From NCBI GenBank assembly GCA_002345025.1, contig DDUX01000154.1, forward strand, positions 28,075 to 92,074: a stretch of 64,000 nucleotides of DNA, in the 5' to 3' direction. The position numbers and the translations under genes are program-made. This document shows, piece by piece, positions 37,642-48,582 of the stretch; positions within the stretch are counted from its first letter, which is position 1; every line of letters starts with the position of its first letter. The stretch is from Candidatus Accumulibacter iunctus (GTDB taxonomy: Bacteria > Pseudomonadota > Gammaproteobacteria > Burkholderiales > Rhodocyclaceae). Under the pieces are notes generated by a model. That model was not told the DNA's origin. It saw only the letters and a program-made list of their open reading frames with translations, and searched no databases.

Positions 37642-39114
37642 TCAGCGCAGCGATTCCTGCACCGAGCGCATCGGGCGCACCCATGGCTGATTGACACGCA
37701 GTTCGGTCGGCAGCGCGGCAATGGCCGCGCGTGCCTGCGTCAGCGTCGGGAAAACGCCGAAGAAGAGGTTGTAGCGTTCGCCCTGCGCGCCCGCGCTGAC
37801 GGAGTAGGCGAGCGAGTCCAGCGCCAGATGTGCCATGTTGCGGTCGATGAAGCGCGCCATGTCGCCCTGGCTCGGCGACGTTACCAGCTGCACCGTGTAC
37901 GCTGCGGGGTTCTGCTGCAGGAGCCACTGGCTGTCCTGCAACACGCCGGCGCCGCCACCCTGGCCCCGCAGCTTGCGGACCGTGCTGCGCAGGTCGGCGA
38001 GGCTCTTTTCGAGGCTGCCGAGCTTGCCGCCGACGCGATCGATGCTCGCCTGCTGTTGCGCATCGGCTTCCTGCTGGGCGCTCAATTGCGCCGTCAGGGC
38101 GGCTACCTGGGTGTCGACCGCAGTGATGTGGGACTGGCTTTGCGCCACTGCCGACTCGAGGCTTGCGGGTGCGAAGGCGGGCAGCCATTTGACCAGGACG
38201 AAGCCCAGCACGGTCAGCAACAACAGACCGGCGATCGCCAGGTGCGTCCAGCGGAACCGGTCGCGCGTCTCGCCGCGATGTGTCGCCAGCGCAACTGCAA
38301 GCTTGCCGATCTCGTCGTCGAGGCGCTGCGTCTCGGACTGCAGGACGCCGACCAGGCGCCGCAGATCCTGGAACTCGGCATAGCGCTCGCGCTGCAGGGC
38401 GCCCAGGCCGTCGATCCGCGCCTCGACGATCGCTTGCTGCCGCTCCGTCTGTTCACGAACGGTTTCGATGCGGCTCCTGTTGCCGCGCGTCGCCGTGTCG
38501 AGCAGCTGGCAGGCGATGTCGAACTGATCGAGGCGCGTCCGCTGCTCGGAGACGATCTGTTCCTGCGCCCTGAACAGCGCCGCGAGCGAACCGATGCCGG
38601 CGTCGAGATCTGCCAGCTCGGCAGCGATGCGTGCGTTGCTGCCCGCCAGCCGTGCCTCCCAGCGCTGCTCGGAGTCCGCCAGCGCGGCACGGGCTTCGCC
38701 GTGCAGCGCAGCGAGCCGCTGTTCGGTGGCGGTGGCACGTGCGGTCAGCGACTCACCCTGCTGCCGCAGGTCGGCGCCAAGTTGATGCACACGACCGGAA
38801 AGGGCGCCGCCCGACTGGCGGATCTCGCCGAGTTCGCTGTCGATGCGGCGATTGTTTGCCGCGTACAGCGCCGTCAGATCCTCGTAGTCGCGCAGCACAC
38901 GGTCTAGCTGCGCGTTGATCTCCTTGGCCGTCGTGCTGGCGCCGTTGGTCTGCGTCAGCTCAAGCAGCCTGGCCATCTCCGGTCGGATGATGGGAACCTG
39001 CAGGGTTGTTGCTTCGGGTGTGGCGGTGGCTACGGCTGCGGGCTGCGACTCGCTCGGCAGCACCAGTTTGGCAGTTTCGGTCATGTTCGGCCCCTCTGGT
39101 TGATTGGCAGGCAT
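37642..39114 (-). CDS. SPOR domain-containing protein with long coiled-coil and one TM segment
   Basis: The C-terminus (AAYTVQLVTSPSQGDMARFI...YNLFFGVFPTLTQARAAIAALP) is SPOR-like. TM segment WTHLAIAGLLLLTVLGFVLV. The N-terminal half is Q/A/L/E/R-rich and repetitive. Confidence 0.7.
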   Translation of the reverse strand: MPANQPEGPNMTETAKLVLPSESQPAAVATATPEATTLQVPIIRPEMARLLELTQTNGASTTAKEINAQLDRVLRDYEDLTALYAANNRRIDSELGEIRQSGGALSGRVHQLGADLRQQGESLTARATATEQRLAALHGEARAALADSEQRWEARLAGSNARIAAELADLDAGIGSLAALFRAQEQIVSEQRTRLDQFDIACQLLDTATRGNRSRIETVREQTERQQAIVEARIDGLGALQRERYAEFQDLRRLVGVLQSETQRLDDEIGKLAVALATHRGETRDRFRWTHLAIAGLLLLTVLGFVLVKWLPAFAPASLESAVAQSQSHITAVDTQVAALTAQLSAQQEADAQQQASIDRVGGKLGSLEKSLADLRSTVRKLRGQGGGAGVLQDSQWLLQQNPAAYTVQLVTSPSQGDMARFIDRNMAHLALDSLAYSVSAGAQGERYNLFFGVFPTLTQARAAIAALPTELRVNQPWVRPMRSVQESLR

Positions 39115-39358
39115 GCGTCCAGGAAAATGCGCGCTGGCGCGCAGTACGACGACAGTTCAGCGATTGCCCCGGACCTCCCTTGATGACGACGCGCGTGATC
39201 ATGCGACACGCCCGGGGCAGTATATGTTCCGCGATCGATCGGGGTCAATCGTCACTCAGGCTCCGAGCGAACCCGGACGTTGACGCTTCGCCCTTCTCCG
39301 ATGCTCGCTGGCAGGATGCCTTCCGGAGTTCCTGGAGTTCTCGGAGGCAACTCGGGAT

Positions 39359-40057
39359 TCAAGGTGGGAGGAACGGCGCGGGCCGGCAGAGCACGCGGGC
39401 GAGTTCGCGTTCGAGCGCGTCGTCGTCCAGGTCATCGTTCTCGATGACGGCCGCGTCCAGGTAGCGGGTCGCCAGTTCCACCAGACAACGCTCGATGCGC
39501 TCGGCGCGGTCCGGGTCGGCGAGCATGTAGCGGTCGAAAGGATCGACGGTGCCGGCTCGAATCCGGGCGGCGATCCGCCGGTGGCGGGTGGCGGGGGCGA
39601 CGTCGAGCACGATGACCGTCGTTTCGGGCGGCAGCGCCGCGCGCAAGGAACGTTCCAGAGCCGGGCTGCGGGCGCGTGCGGCCCACTCCTCGCGCTGCTG
39701 GCCCAGAAGCAGCGCCAGCAGCCGCAGCGCGGTGTGGCTGACCACCACCAGGGGAGCGGCCGACGGCCGATAGCGGCGCCGGTCGCGCGCCAGGAGCAGT
39801 CGGCCCACGGCCGACAGCAGCGGGCGCAGCAGCGGAAACACGCCCAGGAACGCCTGCTCTCGAAACCGGCCCCAGCGTCCCTTGCTCTCGCTGCTGGAGC
39901 GTGCATCGGCGGCCGGCGCCGCGGCGAATCCGCCGGCGCGCTTCTCGACGCGATGGCCGGCCGCTCGCCAGCGGTGGATGAGGAACTCGGCGACGTAATC
40001 CTTGCCGGCGGCATCAGTGCCGAGAATCAAGAGAACGGGTGGCGGCGGAGGGAGCAT
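39359..40057 (-). CDS. Hypothetical P-loop (kinase-like) protein
   Basis: Walker-A-like LLILGTDAAGKD near the N-terminus. No further family assignment is possible. The start is ambiguous (40057 or 40093). Confidence 0.4.
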   Translation of the reverse strand: MLPPPPPVLLILGTDAAGKDYVAEFLIHRWRAAGHRVEKRAGGFAAAPAADARSSSESKGRWGRFREQAFLGVFPLLRPLLSAVGRLLLARDRRRYRPSAAPLVVVSHTALRLLALLLGQQREEWAARARSPALERSLRAALPPETTVIVLDVAPATRHRRIAARIRAGTVDPFDRYMLADPDRAERIERCLVELATRYLDAAVIENDDLDDDALERELARVLCRPAPFLPP

Positions 40058-40160
40058 CGGGGACTCGTTTACGGCCGGTAGAATCGGGGGCATGGTATGC
40101 CGTCGCTGTCCACGGCGCAGCTCTGGTTCGCCACGGTCCTCGCCGCCGGCGGGCAGTCGC

Positions 40161-41441
40161 TCAGAAAAGCATGTCGGCCCAGATGTTCTGCGCCCAGCCG
40201 GCAGCGATGCGGCCTTCGAGTTCGCTGCGTGCGCTCGAGACGCCACCGGCGCCAGCGACCGGCTGCACGACCCCGGTGTTGCGGTCGTACTGGAATACCG
40301 AGGCGACGTGGATGGCGTTGCGCGAGTCGACGAAGCTGTAGCAGGTGTTCATCAGCACCGGCGCCGGGTCAGGCTGCTCGCCTGCGAGCAGCCTGAGGAT
40401 CGCCGCCGCGGCCAGCTTCGCCTGCTGGTTGGCAACGTGCCCGGACTTCGGCATCGTCGGCGCCGGGAAGATCGCGTCGCCGAGCACATGCACCGCCGGC
40501 GTATTGCTCGACTCCATCGACAGCCAGTCGATCTCGACCCAGCGCTGGTTGATCAGTTGCAGCCCCGATCTGGCGGCGATGTCGGCTGCACGCTGCGGTG
40601 GAATCACGTTCAGGACGTCGGCTCTGACCTTGTCGAAGTCGAGGTGGGCGGTCCTCGTGGTGACGTCCACATCGCGCAGCTCGCTCTGCGGCCGATACTC
40701 GATGATGCCCGGATAGAGTTCGGCCCACGCCTTGGCGAAGAGTCCCTTCTTGGAGACGATCTCGTCGTTGGCGTCGAGGACGATGACCTTCGATCGCGGC
40801 TTGTGTCGCTTGCAGTAGTCGGCAACCAGGCTGGCGCGCTCGTATGGCCCGGGCGGACAACGGTACGGCGCCCTCGGGACCGAGAGCACGAAGACGCCGC
40901 CGTCCGGCATCGCTTCGAGCTGCCGCCGCAGCGCCACGGTCTGCGCGCCCGCCTTCCAGGCGTGCAGGATGGTGGCCTGGGCGCCGGCATTGTCGAGCCC
41001 GGGAATCTCCTGCCACATGAAGTCGATTCCGGGCGACAGGACGAGGCGGTCGTAGCGCAGGTCGCCGCCGCCGGCCAGGCGCACGCTGCGCGCCGCCGCG
41101 TCGATCGCCAGCACCTCGTCATGTACGATGCGCACCCCCCAGTGGCTCTGCAGGCGATCATAGCCGAGCGTGATGTCGGCCATGCTGCGGCTGCCGCCGA
41201 TGACCAGATTGGACATCGGGCAGGAGACGAAGTGAGGCGAGCGCTCGACCAGCGTGACCTCGACGCCGCGCGCGCTCCACATGCGCAGGTACTTCGCCGC
41301 CGTGGCGCCGCCATAGCCGCCGCCGACGACGACGACGTGGCCGCGCGGCTGCCGCAGGGCGCTGCCGGCGCAGCCCGCGACGGTGAGTACTCCGGCCAGG
41401 GTGCCGGCCTTCAGAAAAGCGCGTCGGTTGCGGTCTGCCAT
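40161..41441 (-). CDS. fccB: Flavocytochrome c sulfide dehydrogenase, flavoprotein subunit (FccB/SoxF-like)
   Basis: Tat signal MADRNRRAFLKAG and FAD-binding VVVVGGGYGGATAAKYL. Immediately downstream of a small monohaem cytochrome c gene. Confidence 0.8.
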   Translation of the reverse strand: MADRNRRAFLKAGTLAGVLTVAGCAGSALRQPRGHVVVVGGGYGGATAAKYLRMWSARGVEVTLVERSPHFVSCPMSNLVIGGSRSMADITLGYDRLQSHWGVRIVHDEVLAIDAAARSVRLAGGGDLRYDRLVLSPGIDFMWQEIPGLDNAGAQATILHAWKAGAQTVALRRQLEAMPDGGVFVLSVPRAPYRCPPGPYERASLVADYCKRHKPRSKVIVLDANDEIVSKKGLFAKAWAELYPGIIEYRPQSELRDVDVTTRTAHLDFDKVRADVLNVIPPQRAADIAARSGLQLINQRWVEIDWLSMESSNTPAVHVLGDAIFPAPTMPKSGHVANQQAKLAAAAILRLLAGEQPDPAPVLMNTCYSFVDSRNAIHVASVFQYDRNTGVVQPVAGAGGVSSARSELEGRIAAGWAQNIWADMLF

Positions 41442-41452
41442 GTCGCTGTTTC

Positions 41453-41758
41453 CTACTTCTGCGCCGCAAAGTAGGCGGCGATCAGTTCGAGCTGTTCATC
41501 CGTGTAGCCCTTGGCGATCTGCGGCATGATCGTGCCGGGCCGCTGGCCGCTCTTGAAATCGGCCAGTTTCTGCAGGCTGTGGCGTTTCTCGATACCCGCC
41601 AGGGGGTCGATCCCGGAGCCGGCGACCGGCCGGCCGTCGGTGCCGTGGCAGTTGGCACAGGTGGCAGCGAGATTGCGCGCCCGTTCCGGGTCTGCTGCCT
41701 GGGCGAACAGGCTGCTGGTCAGCAGGGTCAGGGCGACAAGAGCGGATAGCCGTTTCAT
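41453..41758 (-). CDS. fccA: Monohaem cytochrome c subunit (FccA-like)
   Basis: 101 aa with signal peptide MKRLSALVALTLLTSSLFAQA and a single CANCH haem site. GGAGAA RBS. Confidence 0.75.
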   Translation of the reverse strand: MKRLSALVALTLLTSSLFAQAADPERARNLAATCANCHGTDGRPVAGSGIDPLAGIEKRHSLQKLADFKSGQRPGTIMPQIAKGYTDEQLELIAAYFAAQK

Positions 41759-41816
41759 CGAGAGTTCTCCAGAAAGTCGGCCGGCGCGCGGCGACGCCGG
41801 CCGGAAGCGCGCTGCC

Positions 41817-43232
41817 TCATACGCGAACGATGCGGACGCTGTCCGTGCTGCCCGCACGTGGCCCGGCCGAGCCAAAAACGAAGGCCAGCAGGTCGCCTTC
41901 ACGGACCAGGCCGGCGCTGCGGGCGGCAACGACGGCCAGCCGCAATTGCTCGCCGGGGTCGGAGTTCGCCGGCACGACGAGCGGCCGGACGCCCCAGACC
42001 AGCGACAGGTCGCCGAGCACCTGGCTGCTCGTCGAGATGCCGGCGATCGGCACCTTCGGCCGGAAGGCGGCGACACGATGCGCCGTCTGCCCGCTGCGCG
42101 TCGGGCAGAGGATTGCCGCGACGCCGAGTTCCTCGGCGGCCTGCACAGCGGCGTGCGCCACCGCCCAGGCGACACGGTCGCCGTCGGCGCCGGTGGCCGC
42201 AGGCGCCACGCGCTGGCGTGGCCAGCCTTCAGCCGACTCGGCGACTTCGCTCATCATGCGCACGGTCTGGCTCGGGTAGAGGCCGACGGCGGTTTCCTCG
42301 GAAAGCATCAGCGCATCGGTGCCGTCGAGGACGGCGTTGGCGACGTCGTTGACCTCGGCGCGCGTCGGCAGCGGCGAGCGGGTCATCGACTCGAGCATCT
42401 GCGTCGCGGTGATCACCGGCTTCCCTGCCAGGTTGCAGTGGCGAATGATCTCCTTCTGCAGCAGCGGCACGCTGCGGGCCGGCATCTGGATGCCGAGATC
42501 GCCGCGCGCGACCATCACCGCGTCGGCTGCCCTGACGATGCCGTCGAGGTTGTCGATCGCGGCTGCCGTCTCGATCTTCGGCACCAGCGCCGGGCGGACA
42601 CCACGTTTCGGGAGCATCGCCCGTACCCGCTCGACGTCCTCGGCGCGGCGAACGAAGGAGAGCCCGATGAAATCGACCTTGGCGGCGATCGCCATCTCGA
42701 GAGCCAGCGCGTCACGCTCGGTGAAGGGCTCGACGTGCGCCTCGGCGCGCGGCAGGTGCATGCCCTTGCGCGAACGCAGGGTGCCGCCGCGCACGACCTC
42801 GGTGCGTACGTCGTTGCCCAGCGATTCGATCACCCGCAGAACGATGGCGCCGTCGGCGAGGTAGACATCGTCGTTCGGAAGGACCCAATGCGCCAGGTCG
42901 GACAGGGTGGTTGCCACATGCCGCTCGTCGCCGCGGCCGTCGTCGCTGCCGCTGAGGATGAACTCCTGGCCATTCGCGAGTTCAACTTCGCCGTTGACGA
43001 TGATGCCGGAGCGAATCTTCGGGCCGGGAAGATCGACCAGCGTGCCGATGCTGCGTCCGAGCACCTGCGACAGTTCGCGGACGCGGCGGACGTTGGCGCT
43101 GTGCGTTTCCATGTCGGCGTGCGCGGCGTTCAGCCGTACCACGTCGACGCCGGCTTCGAGGAGCTGCCGCAGCGGCTCCATCTCGGAGGTGGCGGGGCCG
43201 ATCGTCGCCACGATCTTGGTTCGGCGCATCAA
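41817..43232 (-). CDS. pyk: Pyruvate kinase
   Basis: MMRRTKIVATIGPAT...VDVVRLNAAH...MVARGDLGI... are hallmark pyruvate kinase motifs. 471 aa. Confidence 0.92.
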   Translation of the reverse strand: MMRRTKIVATIGPATSEMEPLRQLLEAGVDVVRLNAAHADMETHSANVRRVRELSQVLGRSIGTLVDLPGPKIRSGIIVNGEVELANGQEFILSGSDDGRGDERHVATTLSDLAHWVLPNDDVYLADGAIVLRVIESLGNDVRTEVVRGGTLRSRKGMHLPRAEAHVEPFTERDALALEMAIAAKVDFIGLSFVRRAEDVERVRAMLPKRGVRPALVPKIETAAAIDNLDGIVRAADAVMVARGDLGIQMPARSVPLLQKEIIRHCNLAGKPVITATQMLESMTRSPLPTRAEVNDVANAVLDGTDALMLSEETAVGLYPSQTVRMMSEVAESAEGWPRQRVAPAATGADGDRVAWAVAHAAVQAAEELGVAAILCPTRSGQTAHRVAAFRPKVPIAGISTSSQVLGDLSLVWGVRPLVVPANSDPGEQLRLAVVAARSAGLVREGDLLAFVFGSAGPRAGSTDSVRIVRV

Positions 43233-43432
43233 CTACTCCTCGCTCGTTTCAGGATCCCGGCTGCTCTGCCGGTACCCCAGGCGGGCGTCACCGCCAGCCG
43301 CGGACCAGTCTTCAGGATGCCGAAACGCTACCAAAAAACGACCGAGTATATGGGCGGCCGGCGCCGGCAGTCAATTGCGGGCTGGCCGGCCGCAGGCAGA
43401 GGCGGCGCGGCGCCAGGCGGGTTGCGGCAGCC

Positions 43433-44215
43433 TCATGACAGGGGTTGCAGCAACGGTCCGCGGCTGCACTTGCGGGCGACGATGACGATGTCGCGCTGCA
43501 AGCATCGCGGTACGACTCGGTACGCCAGCCGCAGGATCGTGTCGCGACGACTGCCTCGCCGGTCGTCGTGGCGATAGCCGACGGACTGCAGGGCGAAGCC
43601 GGATGCCTCGACGAAGCGGCTGACTTCGGCGCACGAGTACTCGCGCACATGGCCCATGTGTCCGAGGCGGCGCAGCTTGCCGAACTCGGTCAGTGGATCG
43701 GCGACGCTCCTGCCGAGGGCGAAGCGCGCGAGGCTCGGGAGCGAATAGACGTTCGGTGTCGTCAGCAGGAGGAAACCGCCGTGCACCAGCACGCGGCAGA
43801 TCTCCGACAGGACGAAGGCCGGGTCGATGCGCAGATGTTCGAAGGTATCGCACAGCAGCGCCCCACTGAAGTGCTCATCGGGGAAGGGCAGGGGGCTACG
43901 TTCGATATCGCACTGGCGCACGTCGAGGCGCAGGTTTTCGATCAGACCGGCGACCCGCTGCGGTGCGATGTCGACGCCGATGACCGGGTAGCTCGCGCGC
44001 TGCAGCAGGGCAGTCATGTGGCACGGTGCCGCGCCGACGTCGATGATGCTGCCGACGGGTGCCAGACCGGCGACCAGCCGCAGATCGGCCAGGTAGCGTT
44101 GCGCGTGCGCCGTCAGATTGCTGAGGTGCCACTGGCGGGCAGGGCCATAGTCCCGGTGCACTGCCGACCAGAGATCCTGCAGCGCGGCCTGGCCAGGCGA
44201 AGCGTTCGTCGTCAT
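43433..44215 (-). CDS. Class I SAM-dependent methyltransferase
   Basis: Motif I-like IIDVGAAPCHMT. The ATG at 44215 was chosen so as not to overlap the upstream MCP gene. Confidence 0.6.
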   Translation of the reverse strand: MTTNASPGQAALQDLWSAVHRDYGPARQWHLSNLTAHAQRYLADLRLVAGLAPVGSIIDVGAAPCHMTALLQRASYPVIGVDIAPQRVAGLIENLRLDVRQCDIERSPLPFPDEHFSGALLCDTFEHLRIDPAFVLSEICRVLVHGGFLLLTTPNVYSLPSLARFALGRSVADPLTEFGKLRRLGHMGHVREYSCAEVSRFVEASGFALQSVGYRHDDRRGSRRDTILRLAYRVVPRCLQRDIVIVARKCSRGPLLQPLS

Positions 44216-44285
44216 CCGGTCGGCAACTTCGCCGTTGCCGCCGCTCAGGCGGCGTCTGCGGCAGCACCGTCGACGGGCCCGCTGC

Positions 44286-45902
44286 TCATAGACGGAACCT
44301 GCCGACGATCTGGTCGAGATCGCGCGAGAGTCGTTCGAGGCGATTGGCGCTGCCGGCAATCGTGCTCAGCGAGTGACGGCTGTCTTCCGCCATCTGCGCC
44401 ACCTGCTGCACACTGACGGCAATCGCCGAGCTGGCGGCGCGTTGTTCCTCGATGGCACCGGTGATCTCGCCGACCTCGCTCGCCACCCCGGCGAGTTGTT
44501 GCCTGATCGTCGTCATCGCTGCGAAGGCCCCTCGCGCCTGCGCAACGCTCTGGTTCACGGCGCTCAGGCTCTGCTGCATGCCGTGCGCCGCCTCGGCGGA
44601 ACGGGCACCGATGGCTTCGATCATGGCCGAGATCTCGCGCGTCGACCCGGCGGTACGCTCCGCCAGCTTGCGTACCTCGTCGGCAACGACGGCGAAGCCG
44701 CGTCCCTGCTCGCCGGCGCGGGCAGCCTCGATGGCCGCGTTGAGCGCCAGCAGGTTGGTCTGTTCGGCGATTTCGCGAATGGTCTCGGTGATCGCTGTGA
44801 TGCGCCTGGTCTCGTCGCCGAGCGCCCCGATCAGCTCGCTTGCCACGCCAACCGAGTCGGCCACACGAGCGATCTGCTCGCTGACCGCGCGGACCTCGTC
44901 GCCTCCCTGCTGTGCCAGCGTTTCCGCTTCGCCGCCATGCTGCCGCACGTTGCGTGCGAAGTCGGCCGTCTGCATCACGCTCCGTGCCATCTGTTCGACC
45001 GAGCTCGACATGGCGCTGGCGGCGTCGCTCTGCGTGCGCGAGCCCGTCACCACGTGACCTGCCTCGGCAGCAAGTTGTGCAGCCGCGTTCAGCACTTCCT
45101 GCGAGCCCTTGCGGATCGACCGTACCGTTTCGCGCAGGCCATCCTGCATGACGCCGATGTCGGCAAGCAGGCTGCGTCCGTCATTCGGTCGCAGCTGCAG
45201 TGCCTGCGTGAGATCGCCGGCAGCCAGTCGCGAGACCGCTTTGGCGGCAGCCGCCGGTTCGCCGCCGAGCAGCCCGAGCAACATCTTCCCCAGCCCGAGA
45301 TAGGACAGGATGACGCAAAGCAGCGTCACGACAGCGACGCCGACGCTGGTGTAAAGCACCCGTTCGCGGGCCGCGTCGGCGCGTGCCCGCGTGTTTTCCG
45401 CCAGCGTCTCGAGCTCGCCAGACAGGCCGGCGAGCGCTGCTGCGGCACTCGCGGCCGAGGCGTCGAAACCACCCTCACCCTTCATGATCGCGTTTCCCGC
45501 CTCCCGACCCTGCCCGACGTAAGCGTGCACCATGCGCTCCCCGATCTCGTACAGGCGCCGGACGGCGTCGTCGAGTTGCCGCAGCGAAGCCTGCCGCTCG
45601 GGCAGGAGCGCGGCCAGCCGGTCGATGTGGTGCAGTGCCTGCGTGCGCTGCTCGCCGGCCTCCGCAAAGCTCGCTTCGCCGACGGCGGCGGCATCGCTGA
45701 GAAACTGCTGTATCTGGACGACGTGGTATCGCGCGTCCTTGAACAGACGAATGGACTGTTCGGCCCGCGCGGCTTCGTCGGCGGCCAGCGACAGCGCGCT
45801 GCTGCTCCGCCAGACAATGACGTTGCCACCGATGAGCAGGGCGCAGATGAGCAGTGCCGAGTAGAACAGGGATCGTTTGAGCGAGAGCTGGTTCAGGTTC
45901 AT
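44286..45902 (-). CDS. Methyl-accepting chemotaxis protein (intact)
   Basis: N-terminal TM ([19 protein letters not shown]), HAMP, and signalling domain ...[37 protein letters not shown]. The start is uncertain (45902 or 45953). Confidence 0.85.
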   Translation of the reverse strand: MNLNQLSLKRSLFYSALLICALLIGGNVIVWRSSSALSLAADEAARAEQSIRLFKDARYHVVQIQQFLSDAAAVGEASFAEAGEQRTQALHHIDRLAALLPERQASLRQLDDAVRRLYEIGERMVHAYVGQGREAGNAIMKGEGGFDASAASAAAALAGLSGELETLAENTRARADAARERVLYTSVGVAVVTLLCVILSYLGLGKMLLGLLGGEPAAAAKAVSRLAAGDLTQALQLRPNDGRSLLADIGVMQDGLRETVRSIRKGSQEVLNAAAQLAAEAGHVVTGSRTQSDAASAMSSSVEQMARSVMQTADFARNVRQHGGEAETLAQQGGDEVRAVSEQIARVADSVGVASELIGALGDETRRITAITETIREIAEQTNLLALNAAIEAARAGEQGRGFAVVADEVRKLAERTAGSTREISAMIEAIGARSAEAAHGMQQSLSAVNQSVAQARGAFAAMTTIRQQLAGVASEVGEITGAIEEQRAASSAIAVSVQQVAQMAEDSRHSLSTIAGSANRLERLSRDLDQIVGRFRL

Positions 45903-46227
45903 GATGAGGCTTCGGGGCGCTGGGTTGCGGAAACGGCGAAGAGTGTGGACCATAGACTTGCGACGGCAGTCGGGCAAGATGTCGTTGGCGGACCCGGTCG
46001 CCGGGTCGCCTGCGTTCATCGTGCAGTCTGCCCTCGTCAACGGCTTACCGGCAGGGATCTTGAGCTGCCTGCCGCGAGGGGGCCTCGACACTCCTGACAG
46101 CCCGCCAGGCGGTGCCGCGCGGCAGCCGATGACCCAACGGCGGTGTGCCGGAAGCGACCACCGGTCTTTGCCCTGCGCGCCCGCGCGGTGGTAACCTAGC
46201 CGCGTTGACCACCAAGGAGGAGAGACG

Positions 46228-47232
46228 ATGCAAGCGAGATCCCGTCGTTGGCTTGCCGCCATTGCTGTTGCCGCTGCCGTGCCCGCTTGCGTTGGCACGC
46301 CCGAGCGTGGCGGCGACTATCCACGTTCGTCGGCCCTGCCGGCACCGGCCGACCCGGCCGACAACCCGACGACGCCGGCCAAGGCTGCGCTTGGCAAGAA
46401 GCTGTTCTTCGATCCACGGCTTTCCGGCGATGGCAGCATGGCCTGCCAAGGGTGTCACTACCGCCATCTCGGCTGGACCGACGGGCTGCCGCTGTCGCGC
46501 AAGGTCGGCGGTGGCATGAACACCCGGCATACGCCGAGCGTCTACAACACCGGCTATTACACCTCGTGGTACTGGGATGGGCGGGCGAAGACGCTGGAGG
46601 GCCAGGTGACGGCTGCCTGGAAGGCACAGATTGGTGCCGATCCGGCCCGGGCAGCCGCCGTGATCGCCGCGGTTCCCGCTTATCAGGCCGAGTTTCAGGC
46701 AGTATTTGGCGCCGGACCGAGCGCCGAGAACACCGCGCAGGCGCTGGCGGCGTTCCTGCGGACGCTGAACAGCGGCGAGTCGCCCTGGGATCGCTACACT
46801 GCTGGCGACAAGACTGCCGTGTCGGCCGATGCGGCAGCCGGCTACGAGTTGTTCGTCGGCAAGGCGGGCTGCGCCGGCTGCCACAAGCCGCCGCTTTTCA
46901 GTGACAGCCAGTTCCACAACGTCGGCCTTGAAGCGGGCAAGGCCAACCCTGATCCGGGCCGCTTTGCCGTGACCAAGGACGCCACGGACATGTCGGCGTT
47001 CAAGACGCCGTCGCTGCGCTCGGTGGCGATTTCCGGTCCCTATTTCCACGACGGCAGTGCCAGCAGCCTCGATGCCGCAGTGCGCTACATGGCTTCGGGT
47101 GGCAAGGCCGATGCGAACAGGAGCGGCCTGCTGGTCGATCGCAAGCTGGCCGACAAGGAGATCGCGCAATTGCTCGCCTTTCTCGACACGCTGACCAGCC
47201 ACGAGCGCTTCGCGCCACCGACGCTGCCGTAG
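46228..47232 (+). CDS. Dihaem cytochrome c peroxidase (CCP/MauG family)
   Basis: Two CxxCH sites (CQGCH, CAGCH) with family-typical context ([18 protein letters not shown]; FKTPSLR). Confidence 0.85.
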   Translation: MQARSRRWLAAIAVAAAVPACVGTPERGGDYPRSSALPAPADPADNPTTPAKAALGKKLFFDPRLSGDGSMACQGCHYRHLGWTDGLPLSRKVGGGMNTRHTPSVYNTGYYTSWYWDGRAKTLEGQVTAAWKAQIGADPARAAAVIAAVPAYQAEFQAVFGAGPSAENTAQALAAFLRTLNSGESPWDRYTAGDKTAVSADAAAGYELFVGKAGCAGCHKPPLFSDSQFHNVGLEAGKANPDPGRFAVTKDATDMSAFKTPSLRSVAISGPYFHDGSASSLDAAVRYMASGGKADANRSGLLVDRKLADKEIAQLLAFLDTLTSHERFAPPTLP

Positions 47233-47322
47233 CGCGTTGCCGATGCGCGGAGAACGGCCGCCCGCCGGCGTTGGTCCGGCAGACGTTTCGTCAGGGCGGC
47301 CGTCCATTCGCCGGCAGGGCCG

Positions 47323-48210
47323 GTGAAGGACCGCGAGCAGCTCGCCGGCATCGCCTTCGGTCTTCTGGCCTATGGCATGTGGGGATTCTTTCCGCTGTTC
47401 TTCCGCCAGCTCGCGCATGTGCCGCCGATGGACATCCTGAGCCACCGCGCCGTCTGGGCCTGCGTCTTCGTCGGCGCTCTGCTGACGCTGCGCCGGCAGT
47501 GGGCCAGTGTCGCGGCAGTCCTCCGCAGCACCAGCCACCTGCTGTTGCTGGGCACTGCCGCGCTGCTGATCGGTGCGAACTGGCTGGTCTTCCTGTGGGC
47601 CGTCGACACGCAGCAGGTGGTCGCGTCGAGCCTCGGCTATTTTTTGACGCCGCTGGTCAACGTCGTTCTCGGACTCGCCGTTCTCAAGGAACGCCTCAAT
47701 CGGCTGGAGTGGCTGGCGGTGGCGCTGGCGGTGGCGGCGATCGGCAATGAGATTCTCGCTTTCGGCAGCCTGCCCTGGGTGTCGCTGGTCCTCGCCGGAA
47801 CCTTCGGCACCTACGGCCTGATCCGCAAGCGTCTGCCGGTCGATGTCGTCTCGGGCCTCTGGCTCGAGACACTGGCGATGCTGCCGCTGTGCGTGCTCTA
47901 CGCCATCTGGCAAGGGGAGCAGGGACACTCCGTCTGGTCGGGGCAGGCAGCGATGACCAGCGCCCTGCTGATCGCTTCCGGCGTGCTCACCGCGCTGCCG
48001 CTGCTGTCATTCGCTGCTGCCACGCAGCGTCTCGATCTGGCGACGGTCGGCATGCTGATGTACATCAACCCGACGCTGCAGTTCGTCACGGCCGTCTGGC
48101 TCTTCGGCGAGCCGATGCAGACCAGCCGCTTGCTCAGCTTTGGCCTGATCTGGCTCGGGCTGCTGGTCTTCAGCTGGAGTGCGTGGGGGAAGTACCGCCA
48201 TCCCGCCTAG
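47323..48210 (+). CDS. rarD: EamA/RarD family transporter
   Basis: LAYGMWGFFPLFF... and a 10-TM DMT architecture, typical of RarD. Confidence 0.8.
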   Translation: MKDREQLAGIAFGLLAYGMWGFFPLFFRQLAHVPPMDILSHRAVWACVFVGALLTLRRQWASVAAVLRSTSHLLLLGTAALLIGANWLVFLWAVDTQQVVASSLGYFLTPLVNVVLGLAVLKERLNRLEWLAVALAVAAIGNEILAFGSLPWVSLVLAGTFGTYGLIRKRLPVDVVSGLWLETLAMLPLCVLYAIWQGEQGHSVWSGQAAMTSALLIASGVLTALPLLSFAAATQRLDLATVGMLMYINPTLQFVTAVWLFGEPMQTSRLLSFGLIWLGLLVFSWSAWGKYRHPA

Positions 48211-48582
48211 TCGGGAGAGTCACCAGCAGGCGAGCGTCCGGCAACGGCAACGGGTCACTCCGTTGCCACGCCGCGCTGCCTGCCGATAGCGGTGGCCAGC
48301 CGGGGTGAGCACCGCGCGTCGTCACTGTCCAGTTTCGTCGATGGTCTCGCTGTTCGCGAAACCCGAACCCGGCTCAGCGTGGCCCGTCGGGCATCGCTGA
48401 GCGAGTTTTGCGGAAAAATCTATTGGCCTGGAAGCCAGCCGGCAAACGATAAAAACTCAGCCGACGGCTGAGATTATCTCAGCCGTCTTCCTGGCTTTAG
48501 CCACGCAGCTTCGGGGTGCATGCTTGCGCTGTTCACCGGACGATGGGAAACTCGCCCTTCCCCATACCCCTAGGAGAACTTC

